DNA from: Methanothermobacter thermautotrophicus str. Delta H
Lineage (GTDB): Archaea > Methanobacteriota > Methanobacteria > Methanobacteriales > Methanothermobacteraceae
Length of the DNA: 32,000 nucleotides
Assembly: GCF_000008645.1 (NCBI RefSeq)
Contig: NC_000916.1
Location: 1,200,001-1,232,000 of the forward strand
Direction of reading: 5' to 3'
Position 1 is the first letter of the stretch, and each line of letters starts with the position of its first letter. Under the pieces are notes generated by a model, which saw only the letters and a program-made list of their open reading frames with translations, made no database searches and was not told the DNA's origin. The position numbers and the translations under genes are program-made. This document shows positions 18,552 to 28,200 of the stretch, piece after piece.

Positions 18552-19904
18552 TCAATCCTGTGGTCTGCCATTCACCCTTTTCAGTTTTTCACAGGCATCC
18601 TCTGCTGCAAGGATTATGGGGTCTATGACCATTGAGACCGGGGGCGCGTAGGAGAACTCAGTCTCTGAGAGCTCAGAACACGTGAGTCCCTGGGATATGG
18701 CCAGGGACATGGTATCAACCCTCTCAGCGACCCTCTCCTTTGCAACCATCTGGCATCCTATTATCCTTCCCCTGAGGTCACATATCATCTTAACATCTAT
18801 CCTCTCGGCACCCGGGTAATACCTGGCCTTTGTGAGGGCCCTCTTCTTACCTGATACCACCTTTATACCGTTCTGGAGGGCCATGACCTCTGTGAGGCCC
18901 ACTGCACCAAATTCAAGTTCCCCTATCTTTGATACCATTGCATTGAGGACCGGTCTGAACCTTGCATCCATCCCCACTATGTTCTTTGCAGCCACCCTGG
19001 CCTGTCTGACGGCAGTTGAACCCAGGGGTGACTGGGTCCTGAAGCCCGTGACTGCATCGTATACCTCAACACAGTCACCTACCGCGTATATGTCAGGCAC
19101 GCTTGTCTGCATCCTGTCATTTACCTTGACTGCCCACTGTCCAATTTCACATCCTGCCATCCTGGCAAGCTTTGTCTCAGGCCTCACGCCCGTCGCCAGG
19201 ACCACGAGATCCGCCTCAAGGCACTCATCTCCGACCACAACGCCCTCAACCCTCTCATCACCCACTATCCTGTCAAGGGCCTTGCCGAGGATGACCCTGA
19301 TGCCCTTCTCCTCAAGGTAGCCCTGGACTATGGCTGCCATGTCCGGGTCCAGGGATCTCGGGACTATCTGGGGGAGCATCTCGGTGACGGTGACCTCAAG
19401 GCCCATCCTCAGGAGGCCATAGGCTATCTCAAGGCCTATGAGTCCAGCGCCCACCACCACTGCCCTCTTACTTTTTGATGCCCATTCGGTTATCCTTTCA
19501 CCGTCTGTGAGGGTCCTTATGGTGAAGACTCCTTCAAGGTCTGTGCCCTCCACCGGTGGTATGAAGGGTGAGCCGCCGGTTGCAAGGACAAGGACGTCGT
19601 AGGGTATCTCCCTGAGCCCGTCCTTTCCCCTGTAGGTTACAGTCTTTTTTTGAGGATCTATGGCCTCGACCTCTGTTTCCGTGAGGATATCTATGTTCCT
19701 CTCCCTGTAGTCCTCTGGCCTGTGCATAACTATATCATCAAAGCATTCAACCTCACCGCACATAACGTAGGGTATTGCGCAGGGGGAATATGCCACATGT
19801 TTATCACGGGTTATGACCTTTATATCTGCGTCCTTATCATGTTTCCTTATATTGGAGGCCGTTGAAAGTCCTCCGGCCCCGCCGCCAACTATAACAACTC
19901 TCAT
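18552..19904 (-). CDS. FAD-dependent NAD(P)H oxidase / CoA-disulfide-reductase-type oxidoreductase
   Basis: 450 aa; VVIVGGGAGGLSTASNIR, AYSPCAIPYV active Cys, VVGAGLIGLEIAYGL, YAVGDCVE. Confidence 0.92.
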   Translation of the reverse strand: MRVVIVGGGAGGLSTASNIRKHDKDADIKVITRDKHVAYSPCAIPYVMCGEVECFDDIVMHRPEDYRERNIDILTETEVEAIDPQKKTVTYRGKDGLREIPYDVLVLATGGSPFIPPVEGTDLEGVFTIRTLTDGERITEWASKSKRAVVVGAGLIGLEIAYGLLRMGLEVTVTEMLPQIVPRSLDPDMAAIVQGYLEEKGIRVILGKALDRIVGDERVEGVVVGDECLEADLVVLATGVRPETKLARMAGCEIGQWAVKVNDRMQTSVPDIYAVGDCVEVYDAVTGFRTQSPLGSTAVRQARVAAKNIVGMDARFRPVLNAMVSKIGELEFGAVGLTEVMALQNGIKVVSGKKRALTKARYYPGAERIDVKMICDLRGRIIGCQMVAKERVAERVDTMSLAISQGLTCSELSETEFSYAPPVSMVIDPIILAAEDACEKLKRVNGRPQD

Positions 19905-20028
19905 CTATCCCCTTCTCCTAGGAGTTATCGGTTATAGGTCTCTTCTTCATTTTATAAATAATTCAGATATATTTATAAATTTGGATACATCAATAGATCT
20001 GTGTGGTAGTTATAAGGGAGCATCAAAC

Positions 20029-20421
20029 ATGAAGAGTAAGGTTCTATTCATATGCAGGAACAACTCCGGGAGGTCCCAGATGGCTGAGGGGATACTCAGG
20101 GCCATGTACGGTGCCCACTATGAGGTCCACAGTGCCGGCAGTGACCCGAAGGATATCAGCCCCCTCACCATACAGGTCATGGAGGAGATTGGTGTGGACA
20201 TGACTGGCCACAGACCAAAGAGTCTCAGGGAATTTGAGGGCGAAAAATTTGACATCGTTGCAAGCCTCTGCGATGAGGCATGCCCTGTATTCCTGGGTGG
20301 TGAGAGGTACCTTCATGCTGAATTCCCTGACCCGAGGGGTGCAGATATTGACACCCTCAGAAGGATCCGTGATGAAATCTCTGACTGGATAAAGAAGGAG
20401 TTCAACCCTGAAAAACTGTGA
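20029..20421 (+). CDS. ArsC-like arsenate reductase / low-MW phosphatase family protein
   Basis: 130 aa from ATG at 20029; P-loop [33 protein letters not shown]; tracked ORF opens artificially at 19813. Confidence 0.88.
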   Translation: MKSKVLFICRNNSGRSQMAEGILRAMYGAHYEVHSAGSDPKDISPLTIQVMEEIGVDMTGHRPKSLREFEGEKFDIVASLCDEACPVFLGGERYLHAEFPDPRGADIDTLRRIRDEISDWIKKEFNPEKL

Positions 20422-20443
20422 TTTACTAAAGGAGAGTGATTTA

Positions 20444-21091
20444 ATGATTAAGGTTGCCATCGTAACAGACGGGCCCTACGGTGAAAGGGCCTATGAGAAC
20501 ATAGCCCGTGAATTCGAGACCATGTTCATTGAACTTGAGGCTCCCTCTGGAATATTTGCAGATGAGGTTGATATACCCGCCGATAAACTCAAGGCCATAA
20601 GGTCAGCGGACATTGTGATAACCTACATACTCCACCCGGACCTCACCCTCGAACTCGTTGATGAGATTCATGGGGATGTTGACTGGATCATCATAGGGGC
20701 CTGGAGGGGTGATGGCTTCAGGAACCAGCTCCTGAGTTACGGCAATCTGACAGCCCCTGAGAACATGTGCGACCTGGAGGAGAACGGTAACCCCTCATTT
20801 GATGAATTCGTGTCAAGGTTTGGAAGGCCCCTGGTGGAGGTGGACCTTGAAGGTGACACGGTTAAGGAGATAAGGGTTCTGAGGTCCTCACCCTGTGGAG
20901 CCACGCTCTTCGTCGCAGAGGAGCTTACCGGTGAGGATGCTCAGGATCTCCCATTAAAGGCCGGGCTTAAGATACAGCACTACCCCTGCCGTGCCCCGAA
21001 AATGAGACTATTTTCAGATGACGAGTGCAAGAAGGAGATGGCTGCCAGGATGCACAGTGAGGCCTTCGAGAGGGCCATTGGAGTGAAATAG
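20444..21091 (+). CDS. DUF166-family protein
   Basis: 215 aa; [47 protein letters not shown]...HYPCRAP conserved Cys. Confidence 0.75.
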   Translation: MIKVAIVTDGPYGERAYENIAREFETMFIELEAPSGIFADEVDIPADKLKAIRSADIVITYILHPDLTLELVDEIHGDVDWIIIGAWRGDGFRNQLLSYGNLTAPENMCDLEENGNPSFDEFVSRFGRPLVEVDLEGDTVKEIRVLRSSPCGATLFVAEELTGEDAQDLPLKAGLKIQHYPCRAPKMRLFSDDECKKEMAARMHSEAFERAIGVK

Positions 21092-21151
21092 ACCTCCATT
21101 GATCAGCTGAACAGTCTAAGGGGAAATAAAGTCAACACCAATAAACTATCA

Positions 21152-21167
21152 TTATTATTCATAATAA
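21152..21167. promoter_or_regulatory. Palindrome TTATTAT-TC-ATAATAA upstream of the DsrE-like operon
   Basis: Perfect 7-bp arms read in sequence, just 5' of the TTTATTTAA promoter-like stretch. Confidence 0.3.
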
Positions 21168-21199
21168 ATTATTTATTTAAGGGACATCAAGATAGAACC

Positions 21200-21565
21200 A
21201 TGGAAAAAAAGATCCTCACAATAGTCGTCACAGAGGGACCATACCGTTACCAGTATGCAGATATAGCATTTGAAATGGCTGAAAGTGCCATCAAAAATGG
21301 TTACGACGTCAGAATATTCCTCTACATGGACGGGACGCATATACCGAAAAGGAACCAGGCCCCCCAGTCATTCCCCAACAGTGCAGAAAGGCTCAGGTCG
21401 CTGGTGAAGAAGGGTGTGAAGGTAACATCCTGCATAAGATGTTCCACGGCGAGGGGATACACCTGCTCAGAAAGGCCCTACATAAGGGGTGTTGAAATAA
21501 AGAGCGTTTACGATCTTGGAGAATGGGTAAAGGATAGTCACAGAGTGATAACCCTGGGATGTTAA
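21200..21565 (+). CDS. DsrE-family (TusD-like) sulfur-relay protein
   Basis: 121 aa; DsrE fold pattern ILTIVVTEGPYRYQYADIAFEMAESAIKNGYDVRIFLYMDG; VTSCIRCSTARGYTC. Confidence 0.8.
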   Translation: MEKKILTIVVTEGPYRYQYADIAFEMAESAIKNGYDVRIFLYMDGTHIPKRNQAPQSFPNSAERLRSLVKKGVKVTSCIRCSTARGYTCSERPYIRGVEIKSVYDLGEWVKDSHRVITLGC

Positions 21566-21566
21566 C

Positions 21567-21923
21567 ATGAAATCCGCGCTCATAATAATAGACAGGGCCC
21601 CCTACGGATATGAAAACGCCTTCAGTGGCCTCTATGTTGTCATAGCATGTCTGAACAGTTCACTGGATACTGATGTCCTTCTAATCGAGGATGGTGTCTA
21701 TGCCGCAGTGGCTGATCAGGTCTCAGAGGCCATCGACTACCCCAATGTTGAGGAACTCACCTACCTCATCTTCCCGGAGGGCAGTGTCTTTGTGCATGAA
21801 AGATCCCTGAAGGAGAGGGGTCTTGAGGAGGATGACCTTGTGGAGGCAGCCGAAGTCATAGACGATACCGAACTGTATGAAATATTCAGGCTGAAGAGGG
21901 ATACTGCGATTATGAAGATATGA
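21567..21923 (+). CDS. DsrE/DsrF-family (TusC-like) protein
   Basis: 118 aa; ALIIIDRAPYGYENAFSGLYVVIACLNSSLDTDVLLIEDGVYAAV. Confidence 0.75.
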   Translation: MKSALIIIDRAPYGYENAFSGLYVVIACLNSSLDTDVLLIEDGVYAAVADQVSEAIDYPNVEELTYLIFPEGSVFVHERSLKERGLEEDDLVEAAEVIDDTELYEIFRLKRDTAIMKI

Positions 21924-21929
21924 GGTGTC

Positions 21930-22532
21930 ATGATGGAGAGGGATGAAGTTAAAAGGGAGGTCCGGCCCCAGGGATCCCTTGTAAAGGAGGTCACCCTCAA
22001 GCAGGTGAAACCCTGCATTGCGGCTGAAGGTAAAATAAGGGTTCTCATGGAGCTTGACTCAGAAATAGGGGATATCATACCTTTGATTGCAAACATGTAC
22101 CCCCCAGGTGTTGTAAACTATGTCAGGAAGAAGAACATACTCACACTAACAATTTATGACCGTATAATAAGTCTATACCCCTCGGGCAAAATCAGCATGA
22201 ACAAGACCCATGATGTTGAGGAAGCATTTGAAATCGCCGGGGAACTGATGGACAGGATTAACAGGGCCCATGATTCAGGGGGAGATGGGTCTGATTCGCG
22301 GGATATGAGCCGAATCGGCCCCATGGATGTGCACAGATGCCTGCCAGGTAGCAACTGCGGTGACTGCGGTGAATCCACGTGCATGGCATTTGCAATGAAG
22401 CTGCTCAACGGTGAACAGAAGCTTGACAGCTGCCTGCCACTGAAGGAGCCATGGATGCAGGAAAAGGTCCAGTGCCTTGAGAAACTGCTCGGTGAAGAAA
22501 TGATGGAGACCCTTGGCTGGAGCGGTTACTGA
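21930..22532 (+). CDS. Protein with C-terminal 4Fe-4S (CX5CX2CX4C) domain
   Basis: ~200 aa; CLPGSNCGDCGESTCMAFAMKLLNG typical of RnfB/CdhD-type Fe-S domain; adjacent to DsrE-like genes. Confidence 0.82.
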   Translation: MMERDEVKREVRPQGSLVKEVTLKQVKPCIAAEGKIRVLMELDSEIGDIIPLIANMYPPGVVNYVRKKNILTLTIYDRIISLYPSGKISMNKTHDVEEAFEIAGELMDRINRAHDSGGDGSDSRDMSRIGPMDVHRCLPGSNCGDCGESTCMAFAMKLLNGEQKLDSCLPLKEPWMQEKVQCLEKLLGEEMMETLGWSGY

Positions 22533-22855
22533 TGGGATCTGTGGGTTTTCTCGTGACAAAGAGCCCTTCAGAGCTCAGCTTCAAAACATTTCTGGACCTC
22601 GTGGATATCTGGTGCGAAGAGTACCTGAAGGTGTATCTGATATCAAATGGAATATATGCTGCAATGGAAGGAAACAGGTACTCCCACACCATCCGGGAGA
22701 TTTCAAGGACCGGGAATGTTTTTGCAAGGAAGGAAGATCTAATGGCAAGGGGTATAACCCGAGAAATGCTCATAGATGGTGTGGAAGTACTTGAAGGCCT
22801 TGACAGGGTGGTTGTTGATATAATGGAAAACCTGGATATGGTCTTCACATTTTAA
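22532..22855 (+). CDS. Third DsrE/DsrH-like (TusB-like) small protein
   Basis: 107 aa; VGFLVTKSPSELSFKTFLDL...VYLISNGIYAAMEG...DVVVVDIMEN-type ending; coupled to the Fe-S gene. Confidence 0.6.
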   Translation: MGSVGFLVTKSPSELSFKTFLDLVDIWCEEYLKVYLISNGIYAAMEGNRYSHTIREISRTGNVFARKEDLMARGITREMLIDGVEVLEGLDRVVVDIMENLDMVFTF

Positions 22856-22953
22856 TCAATCTACTTCTAATTTTTTGGCTTCCTTCCACCCCTTATACCT
22901 CCACGGGATACCATACGCTCACCTCCATATCGTTAATTGATGAATGCCTGGAC

Positions 22954-24904
22954 TCAATAGCCGAGTAGGGTGCCGGCAGTGTATATGATGAAGGAGGCTA
23001 TCCAGGCCACGAACACTGAGTATAACGGTGAGAAGAGGGCCCACCTCTTGCCTTACTCCTTCTTTATATAATATCAGTGTCGCCAGGCAGGGTGTATAGA
23101 GCAGCACGAATACCATGAACGACAGAGCCTCCAGTGGTGTGAAGGCGCCCTGTATGCTTGCTGCGATATTAGCTGCCCCGTGGACCGTTCCGAAGGTGCT
23201 TATGACAAGCTCCTTTGCCGCGAAACCAGATAGAATTGCGACCGCGGACTGCCAGTCACCGAATCCCAGGGGATGGAATATGGGTGCCATGATGGAGCCC
23301 AGGGTCCCGAGTATGGACGAGGAAACATTTCCACCCGGGAACCCTGAAAGGAACCATATGATCACCGAACCTGCAAATATTATGGTCCCGGCCTTCTTTA
23401 TGAACTGGATGCCTCTGTGGTACGTGTGAATCAGGAGAGTCCTGGGCCTCGGAAGCCTGTATGGTGGAAGCTCCATCAGGAAGAGGAAACCTTCACCCAT
23501 GACCACTTCACCCAGCAGACGGGCGGTTATGATCGCCACTGCAATTCCCAGGATGTAGAGGAAAAATATGACCCATCCCTGATAGATGAGGGGGAAGAGG
23601 GCTGACGTGAAGAGCACGTAGACAGGGAGCCTGGCACTGCATGACATGAAGGGTATCATGAGGCTTGTGAGAATCCTCTCCCTCTCAGATCCTATGGTCC
23701 TTGTTGCCATTACCCCCGGGACACAGCACCCGAAGCCAAGCATCATGGGGATGAATGACCTGCCGCTTAGACCCGCCACTGAATTCATTACACGATCCAT
23801 GACAAAGGCTGCCCTTGCCAGGTACCCTGAATCCTCAAGGAAGGTGAGGAGGAGGAAGAGTATGAAGATGTTCGGTGTGAAGACGAGGACCGATCCAACA
23901 CCTCCTATCACACCATCTGCCAGGAGGGACCCTGCAGCTGAGTCTCCAAGGGCGCCCTGAACTGCTCCTGCAAGGTGGGAAACACCAGCATCAATCAGCT
24001 CTGTAAGTGGAGCCCCTGCAGTGAAGGTGAGCTGGAAGATCAGCCACATCACCCCCAGGAGAATCGGGAGCCCCAAGTACCTGTTAAGTACAGCGCGATC
24101 TATAAGTTCAGAGACCGTTACCCTGTCAAGGGAGGGTCTCGTGAGGGACCTCTCCAGGAGTCCCTCTATGAGGCCGTACCTTGCATCTGACACCAGGATG
24201 TCCGCATCAGCAGAGTGCTCCTCCTCAAGGATCCTTCTGATCCTCTCAAATTCCTTGATGAGGTCCTCACCAACCATTGAGGCAACCCTTTTATCCCCTT
24301 CAAGAAGTTTTATTATGATCCATTCAGCTGGAAAATCTGCCTCAACGTCTTCAAGAAGTTCCCTGAATTCCTTAATAGCATCTGACCTCAAAAATTCATA
24401 TCTGATCTGTGGAGGGTTACTATTCACCTGTCTTATGGCTGCTTCAAGCAATTCATCCTGATTTCCTTCAATGGCCTCCACCTTTATGACCGGCACCCCC
24501 AGCAGTTCCTCAAGTCTCTTCTCATCAAGCCTGTATCCCTTCCTCTCTGATTCACGGTTGAGGTTCACTGCGATGATGGTGTTGAGGCCGAACTCGAGGA
24601 TCTGAAGTGTGAGGTAGAGGTTCCTCTCAAGATTGGATGCATCAACAACACTGATTATGAGGTCCGGTCTCTCATCAAGGAGATAATCAACGACCACCTC
24701 CTCCTCGGGAGATCCCGCTGTTAGACTGTAGGTTCCTGGGAGATCTGTAATTTCAATATCATTTTCCCTGAAGTTCAGGTATCCTGTTTTCTTTTCAACA
24801 GTCTTCCCTGGCCAGTTTCCAACGTGCTGATTGAGTCCCGTAAGGTTATTGAAGAGGGTGCTCTTTCCAACATTCGGGTTTCCTGCAAGTGCTATTCTGA
24901 GCAT
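22954..24904 (-). CDS. feoB: Ferrous iron transport protein B, with a frameshift near the 3' end
   Basis: GNPNVGKSTLFNNLTG, DLPGTYSL, FMSCSARLPVYVLF, GFAAKELVIST; tracked ORF runs to 22919 in a wrong frame, while the canonical C-terminus RWALFSPLYSVFVAWIASFIIYTAGTLLGY* is in another frame ending at 22954. Confidence 0.93.
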
Positions 24905-24906
24905 TT

Positions 24907-25134
24907 TTAATCCCTTACCCCTATCCTCGATGCTTCTCCCTTACGGATGGAAAAGGGATGGCCCTTCACCCTAACCTTCAGGGGGTCTCCCAGGGGTGCA
25001 GAGTTCTCAACAGTGACCCTGGATCCCCTTAATAGCCCCATAACAGTTAATCTTTGCCTTATATCCCCTGGAAGGTTAACGGATGTCACAGTCACAGTCG
25101 TGCCTTCCTTTATTCTGTCGAGTGTTGTTTCCAT
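24907..25134 (-). CDS. feoA: Ferrous iron transport protein A
   Basis: 75 aa; GDIRQRLTVMGLLRGSRVTVENSAPLGDPLKVRVKGHPFSIRKGEA; 2 bp upstream of feoB. Confidence 0.93.
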   Translation of the reverse strand: METTLDRIKEGTTVTVTSVNLPGDIRQRLTVMGLLRGSRVTVENSAPLGDPLKVRVKGHPFSIRKGEASRIGVRD

Positions 25135-25143
25135 GATACCACC

Positions 25144-25159
25144 TTTAGGAAATCCTAAA
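25144..25159. promoter_or_regulatory. Iron-box-like palindrome 1: TTTAGGAAATCCTAAA
   Basis: Perfect 7-2-7 palindrome in feoA 5' region. Confidence 0.75.
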
Positions 25160-25160
25160 A

Positions 25161-25176
25161 TTTAGTTACACCTAAA
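25161..25176. promoter_or_regulatory. Iron-box-like palindrome 2: TTTAGTTACACCTAAA
   Basis: Same 7-2-7 architecture with one mismatch. Confidence 0.7.
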
Positions 25177-25189
25177 TCATATATAAAGT

Positions 25190-25205
25190 TTTAGGTTTAC
25201 CTAAA
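25190..25205. promoter_or_regulatory. Iron-box-like palindrome 3: TTTAGGTTTACCTAAA
   Basis: Perfect 7-2-7 palindrome just upstream of the TTTATATAT TATA element (approx. 25180-25188) of feoA. Confidence 0.75.
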
Positions 25206-25237
25206 CCATGTTGCAGTTAAAAAATAAAAGAATAGCC

Positions 25238-28200
25238 TCAGTATCTTCCCTGGAAGAAGTAACCCACTCCAAGGAGACACACAAGGCTTATAACACCAAT
25301 TATAGCATATATGGGAGTCTGAGTGCTTGAAGAGGTGCTGTTGGTTGATGCTGCAACCTCATAGGCCTTTCCAGAACCTTCAGAAGCTCCAGAGTTTTCT
25401 GAAACCTCTGATGACTCTAAAGCCTCATCTGACGATGAACCTGATGCTCCGCCTGCATTCCCTGCGGAACCTGAAGAAGGTTCACCTGTCTCACCGATTC
25501 CATCCCCATTCACTGAGCCCGGCTGTGAATCCCCAGAGCCAGGAACATCAATGGACTTCCCTGTGGCTGCAGCCATTGCAGCCGCAAATTTTCTGAGGGC
25601 CGCCTGGTTGAGGGATGATAGCTTCACCACCCAGCTGTTGAAGACCATGTTGGCACATGTGTGGTGACAGCAGACAACACCATACTCATTAACCGCCGCG
25701 ATGTACTCATCGGCAAGCCTCTGCAGTGTAGCTGAATCTGTGCTCCAGAGGCCCCTGCGGCTGGCCTCAAGGAGCCAGGCTACCGTTGAGGCATAGGAGT
25801 AGGGCTGAAGACTCTTAAATCTGCTGCTTACCTGAGGATCAAAGACATAGGTCTCTGCAACCTTCTGCCACATCCAGTCCTGGACCAGATCAGGGGTGAC
25901 TGCACTCCAGCCGAATAGATGTCCTATCTCCTTGGATATCTGATGAGCACCTGAGAATCCCTGATTCAGCATTCCCTCAATCCATTTCGGGTTGTAGGTC
26001 CTTGTTCTGAGTTCTGCTGCAATGAAATCTGCCAGTGTCTCCATTCGTGGTGTGAACCTTGTATTGGCGATGTATGAGGCAACATTCCTTCCTGAAATGG
26101 TCCTTGCAGCCATCGTGAGACCCCCAAGGTACTGGTAAACGTCGTCGTTGTCAAGAACACCGTAAACACTGTCCCTGACCTGTACTGTTGCATCCACATT
26201 TGATAGCTGCTTCATGAAGACCTCCTTTGCATCAATGGCGTATATGTCCTTTCCATAGATGAATCCCATATGATTCAGGTAGGTTTCAAGGAGCTGTGAC
26301 TGATTATCCCACTTTGCAGTTGATTCAACCACTTCAGGTAGCCCGGTACCGTAACTTCCAGGGGCACTGCCAAATATCCTTGCACCGGCAAGTGTCTCCG
26401 CTGCCTGTAAACCCCTGGCAGTATAATTCGCCAGGTCTGCAAGGTAATGTTTCCTGAGGTAGTTGCCTTCCACCGGTTCATCCAGTTTCATGACAAGCCT
26501 TATCGCCTCATCCATCCTGTCGATACTGTAGGCAAATGTGTCTCTGAACAGTCCACTGATAGTGACCAGAACATCGATTCTGGGCCTTCCAAGCACTTCC
26601 AGGGGTGTTACACTTATTCCTGTGAATCTTCCTGATTTATCCCATACCGGTTCAGCTCCGATGAGTCTCAGAACCATTGCTATTGTCTGACCACTGGTCC
26701 TCATGGTCTCAATTGCCCAGAGAACCACCCCAACAGATTCGGGATATCTGCCATTCCTTGAAAGGTAATCTGCAATGAGGTCATCTGCCATCTTCTTACC
26801 GATCTCCCATGCAGCCCTATCAGGTGCAAGTCTGGGGTCAAAGGAATAGGAATTCCTTCCCGTCGGCAGGAGGTCGGGTATCCTTATGGGATCAGCCCCC
26901 CGACCCGGTTCAACAAAACGTCCCTCAAGGGCCCTCAGAAGGTTTGTGATCTCCTGGTCAGTGGCAAGTTTCTCTCTTACGGCATTCCGGAACTCTGTGT
27001 TATTCCTCGATGCTGGGTCAAAGCTCACAATTGCCTCCACCATTGCATCAAGGAGCTCCCCGCTAAGGGGTTCCCCGAAGACATGTAACCCGTAGGGTAT
27101 CAGTGTTGCTGATAGCTCATCAAGCCTGTGCTCAATTCGATCAAGGGCCTCTTCAAAGGAAGCATTGAGGTCAATGTTAAGTTCCCTGTGAAGGTCCAGT
27201 TTAACCGTGAGATTTCTGATTTCCTCAGCGATTATCAGCTTTCTCTGGGGATCCTCAGACGTATGGTAAAGGTTAATTTTGTGTTCAAGTTCAGATAGAT
27301 CCCCGTAAAGTTCACTTACCACCATAGGGGGGATGTTATGGTTTATGAGGACCGCGTACCCACGCCTCTTTGCCTGAGTCCCCTCACCCGGGTTGTTTAC
27401 GATGTAGGGGTAGATATGTGGCAGGTCACCTATCATCACGTCGGGCCAGTCAAGGGATGATAGACCAACTGATTTCCCTGGTAACCATTCGAGGGTTCCG
27501 TGTGTACCAAGATGTATAACTGCGTTGAAGTTTTTCTGAAGCCAGAGATAGAATGCAAGGTACTGGTGGTGCGGTGGGAGTGTTGTTGAATGTATGAGGT
27601 CAGCTGCATCCTCGCCGAATCCGCGCATTGGCTGGGGGCCGAGGAATACGTTGCCAAGCATAACACCCGGGATCACTATGCTGCCATTGTAGACCATGAC
27701 GTTTCCAGGGGCAGGTCCCCATGTCGCTGTTATGTTATTTCTCAGGGTTTCTGGCAGTAGACTGAACCAGTTAAGGTATTCAGATACTGGAACTGTTACT
27801 GCGCCGGCCCTGACAACCTTCTCAAGTTCACCCGGAGCCCATGAACCCACATTCAGGCCCGGCCCGAGGAGTATGTTTATCACCTCTGCAGTGGATTTTT
27901 CCTCAACATTGTAGCCAGCACTCCTTAGCGCCCTCAGTATGTTGCTGATGCTCTCTGGTACGTTGAGGTAACTCGCACTGATACCATCCTTACCCCCACC
28001 AATGTTGTAGTATATAAGGGCTATCTTCTTCTCCGCATTTGGAAGTTCCCTTAACTTTATCCAGTTGATCAATCTCTCTGTGAGCCTCTCTATCCTTTCA
28101 GGAATCGGAACATAGTATGTATAACGCAGCCCTGTCTGAGGGTCTGTCTCCTCAACTCCGCCGCCGATCATGACTGGCTCTATCCTTCCGTCGATCTCTG

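Noticed and set aside
18832-19320. 162-aa plus-strand ORF
   Set aside because: Antisense to the FAD oxidoreductase gene.
19950-19980. Two TTTATAAAT copies between the oxidoreductase and ArsC-like genes, considered as an operator
   Set aside because: Best explained as divergent TATA boxes of the two promoters; no additional symmetry.
19813-20028. N-terminal extension of the ArsC-like ORF
   Set aside because: Overlaps the divergent oxidoreductase 5' end and the AT-rich promoter; canonical N-terminus [16 protein letters not shown] begins at 20029.
22405-22848. 147-aa minus-strand ORF
   Set aside because: Antisense to the Fe-S and DsrE-like genes; no motif.
24021-24461. 146-aa plus-strand ORF
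   Set aside because: Antisense to feoB.
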